From positions 479,465 to 543,464 of the forward strand of contig RHPI01000560.1 in assembly GCA_009103225.1 (NCBI GenBank): a stretch of DNA of 64,000 nt, read 5' to 3'. Positions within the stretch are counted from its first letter, which is position 1, and each line of letters begins with the position of its first letter. Made by a program: the position numbers and the translations under genes. Shown here one piece after another: positions 9,829 through 24,100 of this stretch. The DNA comes from Chlorokybus atmophyticus. Lineage: Eukaryota > Plantae > Mesostigma and Chlorokybus algae. Below the pieces are notes generated by a model. That model did not search any database. It worked only from the letters and a program-made list of their open reading frames with translations, and had not been told where the DNA came from.

Positions 9829-12008
9829 CCGATGTTGAAGCAGAAGACTTGTCGGAGGAGGAACATGAGGAGGGGGTTGAGGAGGAGTTCTGAGGCCCCA
9901 CGGGTTGACAAGCTGCGCATGAATGCACAGCTAGACTCAATGTTGCACGTAGTTTTATGCGCAAATTGGCTGCTCAGATGCAAGTGGACATACTCTCACC
10001 ACTGCCGGTATGTTGTATATATTGTGGGCTTATAGTTGCAAGACCAACCAATCAGTCCAAGGTTTGTACAAGCTGCATGGCATGTTAGTGTTGGCTTACG
10101 GCAAGAATTGTCAACTTTTGTCAAAGGGTAAGGGTCATATATTAACATCAGTGTAACGGCAAGGAAACTGCCGGCTATTGCTGTCAGCTGTCCATAACTA
10201 CCGGCAAACGGCCATCTGTGCACATTGACCAAGGGGTGACTGGTTGACAACTCTCGACCGGTCAGTGCCACTGACAACCACTTTTGGCCCGCGGCCGTCT
10301 GCGTCAGTCTACATAAGCCAACGGTACACCCAACAGTTCAAAAGTAACATTTCAGGCAGCTGCAGGCAGGCTCAGGCAGGCTTTGGCACCCGTCAGTCCC
10401 TCAGACCTTCAATCACTGTGTTAAATTTGCGATGTGGTTGATACTTGTCATTGCAAATCGTGTAACAAGTTGTGAGTGGCAGACTGGGGTTACGAACACG
10501 CGAGATACAAGCGAGTTGGCGGCCACAGTAGCACTGCCCACTTTTAGGCAGTTGCTAAATGTGGCGCTGTCGTACATGTTAATGGGTTGGTTGGGGGAGC
10601 TATCAGGGCCCCTCTGGTGCGTTTGAAGCTAGCAAAGGTTTGGGCCAACCCTTGCAGCTATGCTGCTTGCTTGCTAATTATTTATTTGCTTGTTGGCTTC
10701 CGCATGACTCAGCACGTGTGCTTGAAGCCTTGCATCTTTTCTATGTGTGAATCATTGTTGCTCTGTCGGTTGAATATTGCTTGATCTCTGCTTGTTTTCA
10801 GGTCCTATGTTATCATATACGCTTACTCACCTCTCTTATTGCAGGGATGTCGTGCCTCGTGTATAGGGCAGTGGCCACCAGCACAACCCTTTGTACGCGA
10901 CATCCTACATGCTGCCCTCCATCCAATACACCTTGGCTCTTACTTCACCAAGCATCGCTTTTATTGGGTAGCGATATGACACCAAAACTCGTGACAACAG
11001 CATCTTCTCAGACCAAAAAAGGTTATGTAATATGCAAATATGTGCATACCTCACAAGTTGCACGACAACTGCATTTGGTTTTGCTAACTTAGCAACTGCT
11101 ACTTGAAGTAGCAAGTGTTGTATGTTGGGTGGGGTGCTCGTCTTTCACAAATTTGATATACACACTAAACAAGGACGTTACCAAAGATTAAAGTCACGCA
11201 TTGCCAAAAGACAACATTAAGCAACCACTCCTACAGCTGCGCACAGTGCTCGGTTTTTACAGATCGGTGTGAGCGTTTATGATACGACCGAGCCAAGTCG
11301 CTCACTTTGCAAGTGCAAGTACTCTTTAAACGTAAGGGCTTAAGCATGCATGCTCATCATATAGCAACGTGGTTTGCACCTGCTTTGTGATGATGAGCCA
11401 GCGCATATTGGATGCACTTCAATGGGAACAGGCTACCCCGGTACCTGCACTGGCGGTGGACTACATGAGCGTCCGGGACCATCTAGCGGGGCTGCATCGA
11501 CCTTGTCAGTAGATGTGACTGTGGTGGGCGGTTACGTGATGGTGGGTGGTGGTTGTAAATTCCAGAGTTGCATTGCCCATGCATAGCACATGCAACGACC
11601 ATCATCACAGCATTACACAGGCTGGACAGCCAACAATCAAAATTGAATGTTGACCATTGGGCTAAACAGCTACGCTGCCTATTCACTACCAACTCGGGTC
11701 CATCACCAACACTACCGTTAACAGTGTGTACTGGGTAGGCAGCTACGCATGTGTGCACAAACAACGCGGAGTAAAAGGGGGGGAGAGGGGGTGATGTTGA
11801 GACCATAGACTCTGTTGTTCATTGTATACTCATCACATGCTCACCCCCGTCATCCTGCATTGACTACACGAAAACTGATGCATGTGCCCAATCGTGCTGA
11901 AGCGCATCGATGGTATGCCAGCTTGGCAGCACTGCTGCGGCCAAAACTCATCTCTACTGTTGTCAACCTTGACAATAGCCAGATCCAAAAAGAGGGGGTA
12001 AAGCTGTG

Positions 12009-14563
12009 TCATGAAGAAGGCTGCTGCGCGCAACGCCACCACGGCCGCATTGCTTCGCACGTCACCATCTCACCCTCTTCCTCCCAACTCAATCGCCAAG
12101 ACTGCAACCCAATTGCACCCTCGGGTTGCGCCCATTGCGGGTTGAGACCATACAGCCTCAGATCATCATCAGCATCAGTATTGAGATCACCACCATCAAT
12201 GCCAACAGAGGAAGCAGCACACATGGTAGTATCATCACGGTCTGTGGGCGGCGGGCTGTAGAGGGAGTCGTTCGCAATAGGCGCACCCATTGATGCAAAT
12301 TGAGCTCTAATCTGCGCGCAGGAGAGTGCAACCAAGTTGTCATTCACAAATGTGTGACTGTTCGGAGTCTTGATACATCAGATGTTTGACCCTTACTTGA
12401 TGTGTGCGCCCTGTGTGCAAGCGCACGGTGCATTCGAAGGTCGTTTCAACATCTTGGACATGGTCGTTAAGCACTCCAAGTTGGGTTGTGTGCGGCAAAG
12501 GGTCACATGACAAAACCTCCAGGCGGCACAAATGCCATGTGGACTTGAACTCCGGGGGCACGGAAGCTACAGCAGAGATTACAAGTGAGTCAACAACAAC
12601 ACAACAACCATAAGTGTTGATGTTGTGGTTGTTGCACACATGTGAACACCTGCTGGCAGCACTCTGTGTGGGAGCAACTCCGATGGCGCCATGTAGTGCT
12701 CAATCATGCCAAGTGGCACACGAGCACGTGAGAGCGTGCGGTACACCTGATCACACACGTAGGGTTCTCTGGCATAACATGTGCGTGATAATGGCATCAA
12801 CACACAATGTCAGCGCACACGCACATGTGCATATGCCTGCACGCACACACGTGTACGCACCTTCTTGACTTTGTCTTTGCGCAAGAGTTGGTTGAATTGA
12901 GAGCAAAAAGCCTTTGTCTTTGCCAACAGAACACTGACACAAAGAGCACTTGCCTTCAACTGTCCATGTTTACTCTGTGCGCGCGCATGTGTGTGCTTGT
13001 GTCCTACATGCTCACCACCCTGATGTAGACACGTCGATTCGGTGCGTGACTCGAAGCGGGTGTTTGAGTCCCAGCGAGCGCATCAGCGCGTGCGCACAGT
13101 TCTCATGCAAGTTATCCACTGTTGGTCCCACCTGTTGACGCTGGACTTCATTAACACTTGTAGTAGAAGCGCACATATGCCCAACTGCATGCAACAGGGT
13201 GTTTACCGGCACACCCCATGGCTTGTCTAACACAACATAATGCTCCGTCTCCCGCAGAATGCATCCCTTCCAATCCACCTCACGACACCTTATGTCAACA
13301 TGCAATCAACACATACACACATGCAAACTGCCCACCCACATGCGCACGCACGCACACATACCAACATTGCTATTGCTAGTACCTCAGGAACCTGTTGGGG
13401 TGCACGTGCACGCGCAAGTACTCTCCCGCATGCACGCCAACATCATCAACCAGCCTCTGAGGTTTGCGCTTCGGCCCTCTCACGTTAGCATGTGCGTGCA
13501 ATGACAATGACAAAGCCAACTTCTCGCGCACGTGCAAGGGTGGTGTTGGCGGCACGCTTGACCAATACACGGCACCGTGATACAGCAACTCCAACGCTTG
13601 CTGCTGTCTTATGTCACATGTTGCGGCTGCGATGACGTGTGAAGCCAGCGTGTTTGCTGGTGTGTTGGCCGACACGATGATGTGCTCAATGCGGGCGGGA
13701 GGCAACTTGTTGGTGTTGGTGTTGGTGTTGGTGTTGGTGTTGGTGTTGGTGCTTGTGATGGCTGCAAAGGTGGTGATAACTCTGGTGCTGAGTTGAGGCT
13801 GCGGGCGGTTGCTGTGTCTGCATGCCATGTGTGTGCATGTCAACGCGAGCTGAACAACGCAAACACCACGTGATCGCATACGCATGGAGTGCGCATAGCA
13901 TACGCATGCGCAGCGTGCGTGCGCATGGTTGCTCGCACGCTTGTATGTGTGCGTGTGCGTGTGCGTATGGAGCGAACAGTGTTTTCAATAAGTTGTTACA
14001 GTATGTATGCATACAGAGCAAATTCAAACCCTAATCAACACCCCGACCACGGAAAACTGCAGATTGGTGCATAGCTGCAAACAACTACATCATAGTGAAG
14101 TAACTCACCATGCACTTGGTCCACCACAGTGAGTGGCATTGCAACAGGCATACGTGTGCAGTGCAGTGCGTGCAATTCATGTGCTCGACTACACTGTTGT
14201 TCTGTGCTACAGTACAGCCACTATGAGACGAGTTGTACTGTAATGGCAGTAGCTGGTACCATCATGTAGCGTGTGTTACTCAGCTTGTACTCTCCTTGTC
14301 ATTGTCGTCGTCTCTTACCTGCTGAGTGGTAACCAGCATGGTCTCCTCCATGTTGTGATCCTCCTCCTCCTCCTCCTCGTCGTCCAACCTAGCGCCAACG
14401 CCGCCAGCTCCGCCGCCGACCTCGCCGCCGCCCGCGTCCCTACTGCTGAGCCCGGCCTGGAGGCGGCCATGGGCAAGGAGGCGGCAGCAGCGGTGCCGGA
14501 GAAAGAGGACAAGCAGCAGACCGACAAGGAGAAGGCGCCTCCTCCTCCGCCGCCCAGCGCCAT
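12009..14563 (-). CDS. RluA-family RNA pseudouridine synthase, probably organelle-targeted (multi-exon)
   Basis: Exons give HYVVLDKPWGVP, LRVTHRIDVSTSG (catalytic Asp), VRLHTGRTHQVR, RAQFASMGAPIANDSLY and terminal RPWWR. The Ala/Ser/Arg-rich first exon is transit-peptide-like. Start is 14563 or 14470. Confidence 0.85.
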
Positions 14564-14586
14564 ACAGAGACAGTGGCCTGGAAGGC

Positions 14587-16711
14587 ATGCGCCAGCACGC
14601 GCAGGAGCAGGAGCAGGAGCAGGCGGCGGCAGAGTTGGAGCAGGAGCAGGAGCAGGAGCAGCAGGCGGAGGTGCAACAGGACCAGGACGACGAGGGCAGC
14701 GACCTGCTTGGCGCCCTCAATGCGGAGTTCCAGGAGCCCCAAGGGTAAGCGTGTCTGCGTCAACGAGTGAGTGCGTGAGCGAGAGAGCAAGTGAGCGAGT
14801 GTAGCTATCAGTCAGTGACGACCTTGCGAGCTACCATCAAATTGGTGTTTCAATGTGCTGTTGTTGCAACTGGTTTGCTCTCTCCTCAAACGCTCCAGAC
14901 CTGTCTGATGACCATGTGTGCGTGTGCCCACCGCACACGTGCATAAGCGCATGGTGTCTATGTGCGCGTGCGTTCTGTGTGTGCCTCTGTAAGTGTGGAG
15001 ACAAACATGCATATGTACGACACACACGCATTGTTGCGAACATGCACTGTTCAGCCAGTGCCTTTTGGTCACACACACAACATCACCCGACAGGTTTTTC
15101 AAGGAGAAAGCGAGTGGCGGTGTGGCATTCTACGACCGGCCTCACGAGGACGCAAACCCGCCTCGCGTGCGTCTGGGACTCACACACAAGCACTCCCTTT
15201 GGGGCCACCAAGTACGCATGTTGGCATGTGTGTCTGATCTAACGCCGGGTGAACAACATCATGAATCATCTTCATGTTTGTTGTGTTGCCCTTTGCAAAC
15301 AGGTTTGGAATGCGGCGAGGGTGATTGCGGACAGAGTTGAGAGCGGCCAACTGTCATCCAAAGGTGGGTGGGGAGAGAGAGAAGTTGTGTCATGGTGGCC
15401 ATGTGGTGTTATGGTTGACACAACACTTTACTGTGCTCTTATGGTTGACACAGCAACATCCTGTACGTGTTGTCGTTTGTGCGCATCCCGATGCTTAACA
15501 AGCATAGTTGGTGGTTGGTTGTATGGCTTGTATCTAACCATCTGTTCTCAGGCAAAAGGATTTTGGAGTTGGGTGCGGGCGCGGGCCTACCTTCCATCAT
15601 CTGCGCGTTGGTATGTTATATCGCATTTCAGCACACCACACAAGCACTGCGCACTGTTGACAACCGTTTAAGTTGTCATCTCCAACAACGAAACAGAACG
15701 GTGCTTCAGTCGTGGTGGCAACGGACTATGCCACAGACAAGGACACGGAGCTTGTGGACAACCTCGCGCGCAACTGCGCCGCTGTCGCCCCGCACTTGAC
15801 TCCAACGACACAACTCATCTCACGGGTGGGTGGAATTGACCTGCTGTGATGATGGTGGTGATGCACGTGGTACGTATATGCAACAACATGTGGTTTTTGT
15901 CTCCACAGGGTTTTGTTTTTGGGCAAGATCCGTCAGGAGTACTCAGTTGTGTTGAACAAAACAAGTAAGCATGGGTTTTGTAAGCATGTGCGTGCCTATC
16001 TGCGTTTGCGTATATGCATGCCTGCACGCGTGTGTGCGTGCACGCATGGCAAAACGCATCACGTGTGTGTGTGCATGCGCAGTGTGGTCTGAGCGCGGAG
16101 TTAGTTTCTGCCATGTGCTGACGTCAGTGTTCAAGCAGGTTTGATGTGATCATACTTGCGGACGTATTGTTCAACCGTGCGACGCACAACGCGCTGCTAC
16201 AGACCCTCGCAGACTGCCTGCACGACAGTGGCAAGTTGATGCTAAATGTGAACTCAATTGTGATGCTGATGTTACAAAGCCATAGGCATTATGGTTGACA
16301 CGCACTAACACTATCGAAACTGCAGGTGAAGTGTGGGTTGCTTTCTCTCATCACGACCCACTGAAAGCCCCTCTGGACCTGAACTTCTTTACTCTGGCTG
16401 TCAACCAACCCTTCCGGTAAACTACAAACTGGATAATCATAGCATGTAGTGCCCCAAAAGTTTCATTCGTGTCGTGCTTTCCATGTTATTGGCTTGTAAG
16501 TAAGGCTTCTCAGTGGTTGCTTGTACTCAATGCTCGTGCTGCTCTTGTTTGTGAACATGTGTATGTTTCCAGTTTTGAAGAAAGGAAGGTTTGTGAGGTG
16601 GAGATGAAAGACCTATTTGAGGAGAATGACGGCCTCGACCATCTTAGGAACATGGTGCATTTCCATGTGCTGAGATGGCGAGACAAAAGGCAATTGTCAA
16701 CGCCCCTATGA
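14587..16711 (+). CDS. EFM7: EFM7/NNT1-like SAM-dependent protein methyltransferase (multi-exon)
   Basis: Exons HKHSLWGHQ|VWNAARVIAD, GKRILELGAGAGLPSI, VVATDY, FDVIILADVLFNRATHNALL, VWVAFSHH; ends HVLRWRDKRQLSTPL*. Confidence 0.8.
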
Positions 16712-17349
16712 GGGTGCTTACTTGGTCTGCATTCCAAGCTTTATGTGAGCATGAGTTTGCGTGTCATGTTCAGAACATCATGCGGCATGCGCAGAAATGA
16801 AGGCATGGTTGCATTACACATGGTCTTTCTGCGGTCATGTCCAGAGGTAGATTTCAGTCATGACCAGTTTCTTGTGTCTATATCCACAATTGGCCTTTGG
16901 CGTGTCTTGAAAGTGTTAGAAAATACCTTGGCATTACCGCAGTGGCCTTAGAACAATGCATGTTTTGCTTGGGGCTAAATCGCACATACAGAATCAGCAC
17001 CGCGGACGATCCGCAAACATTGTCTGTAACCACAAATTGTGGTTGTGGTCCACAATCATCTCCAAGTGCATAGAGGTCTGTGCGCTTATTGAGTGCATGA
17101 CAACGTATGTCAACCGAGGTGCATTGACCAAATTGCGCAAGGGAGAAAAGCAGGCACATGTAAGTGCAAACTGAAGGTCGCTGCACAATGTGTAAATTTA
17201 CACAGGAGGTTACACATGTCCACCATCTTGGATGTACCAACAACCTATATAAATACGGAGAGTGCCTACACTTTGTATAGGCCTACATACAAGGGGTGTA
17301 CTACTAACTCCTACTCGTGGGGATCAAAAAGGCACTTCACCCAGATAGC

Positions 17350-19107
17350 AATGCATGCATTTACACAGTCTGCTGGGCCGGGCTGAGCGGCACGCCCGAG
17401 CCTTGCTGCTCCAATCGTGGGGTTGCGATCACTGGCACAGCCTCCGCCCAAGCCTTGGCAAAAATAGCTGACATCTGCAGCACAAGACAACGTGGTTATA
17501 CACAACACTTGTGTCATGTAGCTTGGTACCATCATCATTCAGCGAAATGCAGAGGGCATCCTACGTACCCTTTGTACATAGTCGTGGAACTTGTAGGACT
17601 CTTTGACAATGACAGCGAGCTCAGCGTGCATCTCGCTCTCGAGCTGATCGTAGGCTCCCATGGCAGCCGTAAGCTTGAGCTGTCTGCCCTGGTTCTTCTT
17701 GAAGTACTTGCTGAGGTTGCGCTCATTCCACCAGGAGTGGGCTCCACCTTCCTCCTTCTGTCGGTAGCGCTCAGCCTTGACCGCGCTGCTGTTAACCTTC
17801 TCGTGGTACTTTGTCATCTCACGCTCGCGCTCCACCAGGATTGGCAGCTTTGCCGTGAATGTGTTCACCGAAAGCAGCCAGTTGCTTATCGGCTGCAGCA
17901 CGTCGTGTCGCAGCTCCTCAGCAAGCATGTTGTACATAACTTCAAGTCGCATGGATGCGCGAGCATTGCCAACAGTGCCGGCCGGGTTGTGATGTTCAGT
18001 AACTGCTGGAGTAATGTCGGTACTGGTTGTTGTGAGTGCTGTTTGTGTGATAGTGTGTTCACCGCCAATCTTTGGTGTCACACTCTTGATGGGTGCATCG
18101 ACGGATCTTGCCACCTCCAGCTTGGGTACTGGCTTGATTGCTGCAGCCGGTGTCACGCTCTGAATGGGCGCTTCAACTGATGCTGTCTCCAGTTTGGGTA
18201 CTGGCTTGATTGCTCCAGCCGGTAGCACCTCTGTTGCGAAGTTATAATACACACATCAGCATGCAAAGAGACACTTGTAACATATTTGGGCAGGTGCGAC
18301 GACAATTGCTCTCAGGTACCTGTGTGGTGACCAGTTCGGAGGCCGTCAAGAGGGTCGACTTGAGATGTTTGCATAGCAGAAGGTTGCTCTGACGTGATTG
18401 GTGCCGGGATTGGGTGGTTCGCAGCCCCAGAGGCCATGATTGGAGCACCAGGTGTGATGTCCGAAGCAAGCATTTCTGTAGCAACAGCTGTCGGCGACTT
18501 GCTGGAGGCCGGGGCGGGAGCCATTTCCTGGCTCCTGTCGCGCTCCAGGCCAGATGGTTTCAATCCAACTGCTGATGGAGCCAAAGCATCCACACCTGGC
18601 TCGCTGTCAGTCAAGTACACCGCTGGACGAGCGCTCTCGAGCATGCTCCTCACCAGCTTGAATGTACCTGCAAAGATGGAAATAATTAGTGGTGTGATGA
18701 TTATGTATCTGCTCATTGTTTGCCAGCAGCGGCAATAGTGCAATGCCAACATGGACCACAGCGTTAGCAGCATGTGCTTACTGGCGGTGTGGCTCTGGAG
18801 TTCCATCACTTGCTTGTGCAGGGCGTTGGCGGAGTTGGCGAACTGTATAACCTCGTTGTACATAATGCGCGTGCGGCGTACGGGGGCGGTGGGGGCCGCC
18901 ACTGGTCCCAACTCTGTGGACTGCTTCACCTAGCATGGCCATACAGCTATGTTCAGAGATTGGTTGTTACAGTACTGCCAGTGTTGAGGCAAGCTGTTGA
19001 TCCTGGCCAACCTGCTCAGCCAAGTAGGCATGCTTCATGGAGTTCGTCGTCTTAAAGTGTATCGACTGCGCCAAAGGCGTGTTGTGATCGGTTGTTGTCA
19101 ACCCCAT
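17350..19107 (-). CDS. BAR-domain-like coiled-coil protein with internal low-complexity insert (multi-exon; 3' end uncertain)
   Basis: Helical segments YNEVIQFANSANALHKQVMELQ and YNMLAEELRHDVLQPISNWL...REREMTKYHEKV...AYDQLESEMHAELAVIV resemble BAR helices. GT-AG junctions keep the frame from the ATG at 19107. Confidence 0.55.
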
Positions 19108-21182
19108 GGCGCCTCAACTGCTGCGACCGCTTTCACTGCAAACGCAACGGACATAACAACTCTTGTCAACAACTGTTGTCAACTTGCAAAGCAGCTGCAA
19201 CCAGTGCGCTCAGGCATTACATCAATCCACGACCAACGCCACTGCATGCAACGCCGCAACGCACACATGCCAGAACACAGCAGTCGACCTACCAGAGGTA
19301 TATGCAGCTAGACAAGCTCGTGAACGAGCACAAAGAGCACACCCACGTCTCCAACTCTACTGCAACACAAGCTTAAACTCGAACCCAGCTCACCCACTGT
19401 AAGCTTACGCCACCACCTAAGCACTAATTTGCGTTTGTAAGCTTGCAGCTGTGAACTGAGCTGTGCAGTGCAATCCTGCCGATATCCCTCCGATCTGCCG
19501 AAATTCGAGTTTTTCTTCCTCTAGCGTAAATTTGCGGATGTCGAGCTGCGTACTGATGTCTGGACGTTACGCACTGGCCGTCCAAGGCCGGCTTCTCGCA
19601 AAATAACTAATGGATTACAGCCGTTGCCTCCGAGTTACTATCAGGTTATGGCCAGATGGTGCCGGTCAACAGTGTTGAGGTCGCGATATCAACGATCCGA
19701 TCGCGATTTGCGGAGCAGACAGTCTGACGTCACGTCACGCACCTGGAACGCACTGAGTGGCTGCAATGTGTGAATCCTGTACTCTTTGTCCGGACAGGTG
19801 GTGTCATTTGGGGGTTATACACAATTAGTTGCTAAACAGCAGAGGACTCCTAGCAGGCAGTTTGGAGGCTCTCTCCCCAATTTCGCTGACCAACCAACGG
19901 GCAGAATCCACCACAGCGTGCGCCCCTGAATCAGAAATGGAGATTCCTCGTGCGCGCCCCGAAAACGACACAGCGTTCACTCGTGACTTCTGGACGCCCT
20001 GCTACAGTGCTGCCAGCCTGCAGGCAATCATGGAGCCATAGCACTGCTATGATAGCAGCAGTGCTAGCGCAGCACATGTGTTGGTCACCCAACATGGACT
20101 CCTGCATGCAGAATGTCAGCCATGGAAGGCAACAGCAACAAGGCAATGCACAGCCTATGCTAAGCACGCATCTCAGAGGAGTGGTGTAGTGATTACATTA
20201 CACATAAGCATGCAATCAATAGCAAGCCTTGAAAGTTTGACAGATTAACACAACACATCATATGTCACAGAGATGGGTTGTGAGAAACTTGTATGGCATC
20301 AATGCTTCATCACATTAATGCGTGACGCAATAAGGAATAATCATGGGTGATGCATGTACGTGTATAATGATTTTGCTAAGAGAGTGTTGTGATATGCATG
20401 ACCACAAAAACGTAAGCATGATAAGCACAACAGCAATGCTCGCACACATTGCATGCCATGCAATGCGTAAGCCGCTTGGTTGGATCACCATGCAAAGCTT
20501 GTTATGTATGTTCGAGCAATTAATGACATGCGGTATGCATGCAATACACGCAAAACTGCAATGTGATATGCAGCACATGAATGTTCGGGGCTCTTTGAGT
20601 GATCATGTGAATTTTTTTCCCATTTCTTAATAGATTTTTGAGTCATACACGATATCATTAGATCATCATGATTTCTCGTAGTGTAATCATACATGGTAAT
20701 GGTAATGCAAGGATTTCAACTCGATTCCGTCATTGCATCGATCGTTTACACTATCAAATTTTAGGTCATGTGCCATATGTGCGTGCATGTTTATCTGCGT
20801 ATAATATTGATGATGCAATGACTGCCACATAATATCTGCTAACAACGTGACATTGATCGGAACTTTTGCATGCTATATTTGCATGTATGTTCTTGCAAGC
20901 TTACAACGCAAATGGCTATTATTTGATACATTACTTGCAATTCACATTGCGTCGCACAATGAATGTTTTGTCAATCACTCGATATAATTCATTATCATGT
21001 ATTTATAATCACCGACATGAATACCTGGATTTATCAAACCAACTTCATAGTTGCTAAGAGATTTTCAATACTATTACATAACACCGCATACCAATGTCAA
21101 AATTGCCAACGACACATCTGTGCTTCACTATCTAGACCGCCCAAAGTATACACATGTCTGCAATGCCAGCGCAACATACCAC

Positions 21183-24100
21183 CTACTTGTGGTTGGAGCC
21201 AGCAGGTGTGGAGTTCAACCGCTGATACATGGCATCAATCTGCGGCTTGAACCTGTTTTTCAGCTGCGGCCGTTTCAGCTTGAAGGATGGCGTAATGAGA
21301 TCGTTTTCAACGCTAAATGGTTCGGGTGTCAAGAGAACCGCCTTGATAATTTCAAACCCGTGCAGCTTCTGGGCTCTCCCCACCGCCTGCATGTCCGCAA
21401 GCACGGCCTTCGAGGCCGCAGGGGACTCGCAAAGCTCTGCAAAGCTTGCACCTGCGTCATCATCACAGAGCATGTCACACTCTTGTCTCAAGGCATAAGC
21501 ACACATAAGCTGTATCAGCCAACCAATGTGTGACGGCTTACTCAATGGTGGGTCTTGTGCGCTGGCCCACTCGGAGAGTGCAGCTTCATCGGGCACAACA
21601 ATTGTGACGAGGACAGACTGAAAGCTGTCGCCATACACAAACACTTGAGACACGAAGCGAGACTGCTGGAAGACTACCTCAAGCTTCTCGCTCGCCACGT
21701 ACTCGCCCTGCATCACACAAAGACAACACACGTGCACTCAGTCTCCCTCAGTCTGGAACTGTTTCACCGCAGCCAAGTTGATGGCATTGAATCTGTGCAG
21801 ACAAGAAGCGAGAGCCTATGCGATGTGCTTGAGACCTTGTATTGCCCAAGGTGTACCTGAGCCAGCTTAAACATGTTCTTCTTACGGTCGATGATGCTGA
21901 AACTGCCGTCCGGGTTCAGTTGGCCAATGTCCCCAGTGTGAAGCCATCCGTCAGCATCAATGGCTTCACTCGTCAGCTCGGGCTCTTTGTGGTACCCGCT
22001 GGTAACGGCAGGGCCTCGAAAACAGACCTGAGATGAAGAGTTATGAGTACTGTAAACCACAATCTAGACGACACCATAAAGGTGAAACCTACCTCCCCGC
22101 GCGGACACGGCGTGTCATCAACAGTGTATCCGTAGTCTGGACAGCTCTCCAGCTTCAGCTCAACACATGGCACAACCGCGCCAACATGAGAACTGCGACA
22201 ACCAAAGTAACCCAGCATCGTCAGCACCAAACGCACACATACGCACACGCGCACGTGCATCCACACGCACACGCTTGTGTAACACACACGTGTCCTCAGA
22301 GCTACCTCTAGGGTGTACGTACCCGGCACTATCGTACAACATCCCCAGGCCCCCTTGGCCGCAGGTTTCCGTCAGGCCATAGCCTTGAATCACCGGACAG
22401 CCGAGAGCAGCTCGGAGGAACTTCTGGGCCGCGGGGGCAAGCGGGGCTCCTCCACTCATCGCAAGTCGCACGCGGCCACCCAACCCTGCCTTGACCTTGA
22501 GGAAGAAAGCATGCGCATGAGACACAACACATGAAGCGTGCATCCAACATACCATCTCGTTGCATGTACCTTTTTAAAGACGAGTGTGTCCCAGAGAGGA
22601 GTTGAAGGGTTTTCCGAGCACGAGTTCATGACGCGGGATTTCTCTGCCAGCGCAGCGTTAAACAGAGCAGTCTTGAGCTTGCTTTTCCTCAACTGCTCCT
22701 GAACCTTATCATAGATGCGCGTAAACACTCTTGGAACACCTGCAAGCATGGATGCTGTCAATGACCAAAGTCAAGTAAATGAGACACAACTCTGCACCAA
22801 TCAACACTCATCAACACCTGCAACTATGGTGGGTTTCAAGGCAGCAAAGTCCGTTAGCAAGCCCGCGGGACTGCCGCCATAGAAGCCAATTTTGACCCCG
22901 GCAGCGAGGAGTAGCGTCACGACCACGCGCTCGAGTATGTGTGCCAGAGGCAGGTAGCTCAGGTAACAGTCTTCCGTGGTGAATTTGAAGCCTTGGCCCT
23001 GTTCTACCATGATCGGGCTCGTGGTCGCCGCAGCGATAATGTTGGCGTGTGTGAGAATCACACCCTTTGGGTTGCCCGTTGTGCCGGACGTGTACATTAG
23101 CGTGGCAATGTCCGATGGCTTGGGAGGCAGGTGGGCTGACGGAGTGCGCACACCCTTGAGCTCCACGTCCATGAAGCTGATTAACTCCACACCTAGTTGA
23201 CACAAAGCACCTCATGCAGATCACACATCATGATCACAAGTCATTGTCCCCATTGTCCAAGCATGCTATGCGACACGTATTGATCCTCGACAAAGAGTAG
23301 TTGAGATGCAATGCGGTAATGACCAATACTCCTTGCAGTGCATCGTGGTTCTGATACTCAACTGCCGGTCATCACATAAACAGGGTTGTGTCGGGGACTC
23401 ACCAGCTGAGGCAGCAGCATTGCGGTGCTCAAGGGTGATGCCGGAAGGGCTGCCCATGACAACCACATGCTTGACATCAGGGCAATCGCGCAGCGCAACA
23501 AGGAGCGATGAAAGCACCTGCCAGCAGCATATGTGCAGCTTGGGTCGATCCCCTCAATCCCTTAGGTGATACCATGGCATGCTTCCTGACCTTCTGGGCT
23601 GCGACAACGAGCTTGAGCTCAGCGTGCTTGCAGACATAAGCAACAGCGTCCGCGCCGAGAGAGTCGTAGAGCGAGACGGGAATCATAGACTGCGAGTAGC
23701 CACCAAACTCCGCAACAACCCACTCTAGACAGTTCACCTGCACGAGCAACATGTGTACGACACAATCTTCAAGTGCTGCTTCAAGTATTCACAGTGCAAC
23801 AGCTACTGTTCATCGCAGCACTGTTTGTTTGTTATTAGACCTTCTCTCATCTCAACACAGAACAAACAAAATATGATGAGGACAATGAGAGCTGCTTGCA
23901 TCCAAGGCCGCCTTGCAATGCTGACAGCGCATGCCAGCATAGCATGCATGCGGTACATCATGTGTCCCTTGCTCGCTCATGCAATGGCAGGGTACCGAGT
24001 AGATGCCAAACTTGTCGCCGGGTCCAAGCCCGAGGTCGCGGAGGCCAGCGCCAAAGAGGCTTGCGCGCATGGCAACCTCCTCTCCCGTCACCCACTCGTA

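Larger units (their letters stand above)
7981..9893 (+). pseudogene. Degenerate, partly spliced gene divergent from the transposase; coiled-coil exons and acidic tail, interrupted by TRIM copy 1
   Basis: Phase-0 GT-AG exons ELTSRKREAAEYHER (8940-8984), REPRAARQADYLAECDKAKDK and VVTFKATIKRMRVHGEVPTSKLKDEVAAILSASEAADEDD. Removing 9312-9828 and one 5-bp duplication restores ...DDSDVEAEDLSEEEHEEGVEEEF* (stop 9891-9893). Whether the broken ORFs at 7981-8668 belong to this gene is uncertain. Confidence 0.5.

Noticed and set aside
10075-10260. Short recurring ACGGCAA motifs as subterminal repeats closing the transposon island
   Set aside because: Too short and irregular, with no partner end visible.
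20200-21100. AT-rich, GCATG-rich intergenic stretch as a MITE
   Set aside because: No terminal inverted repeats, TSD or second copy were seen.
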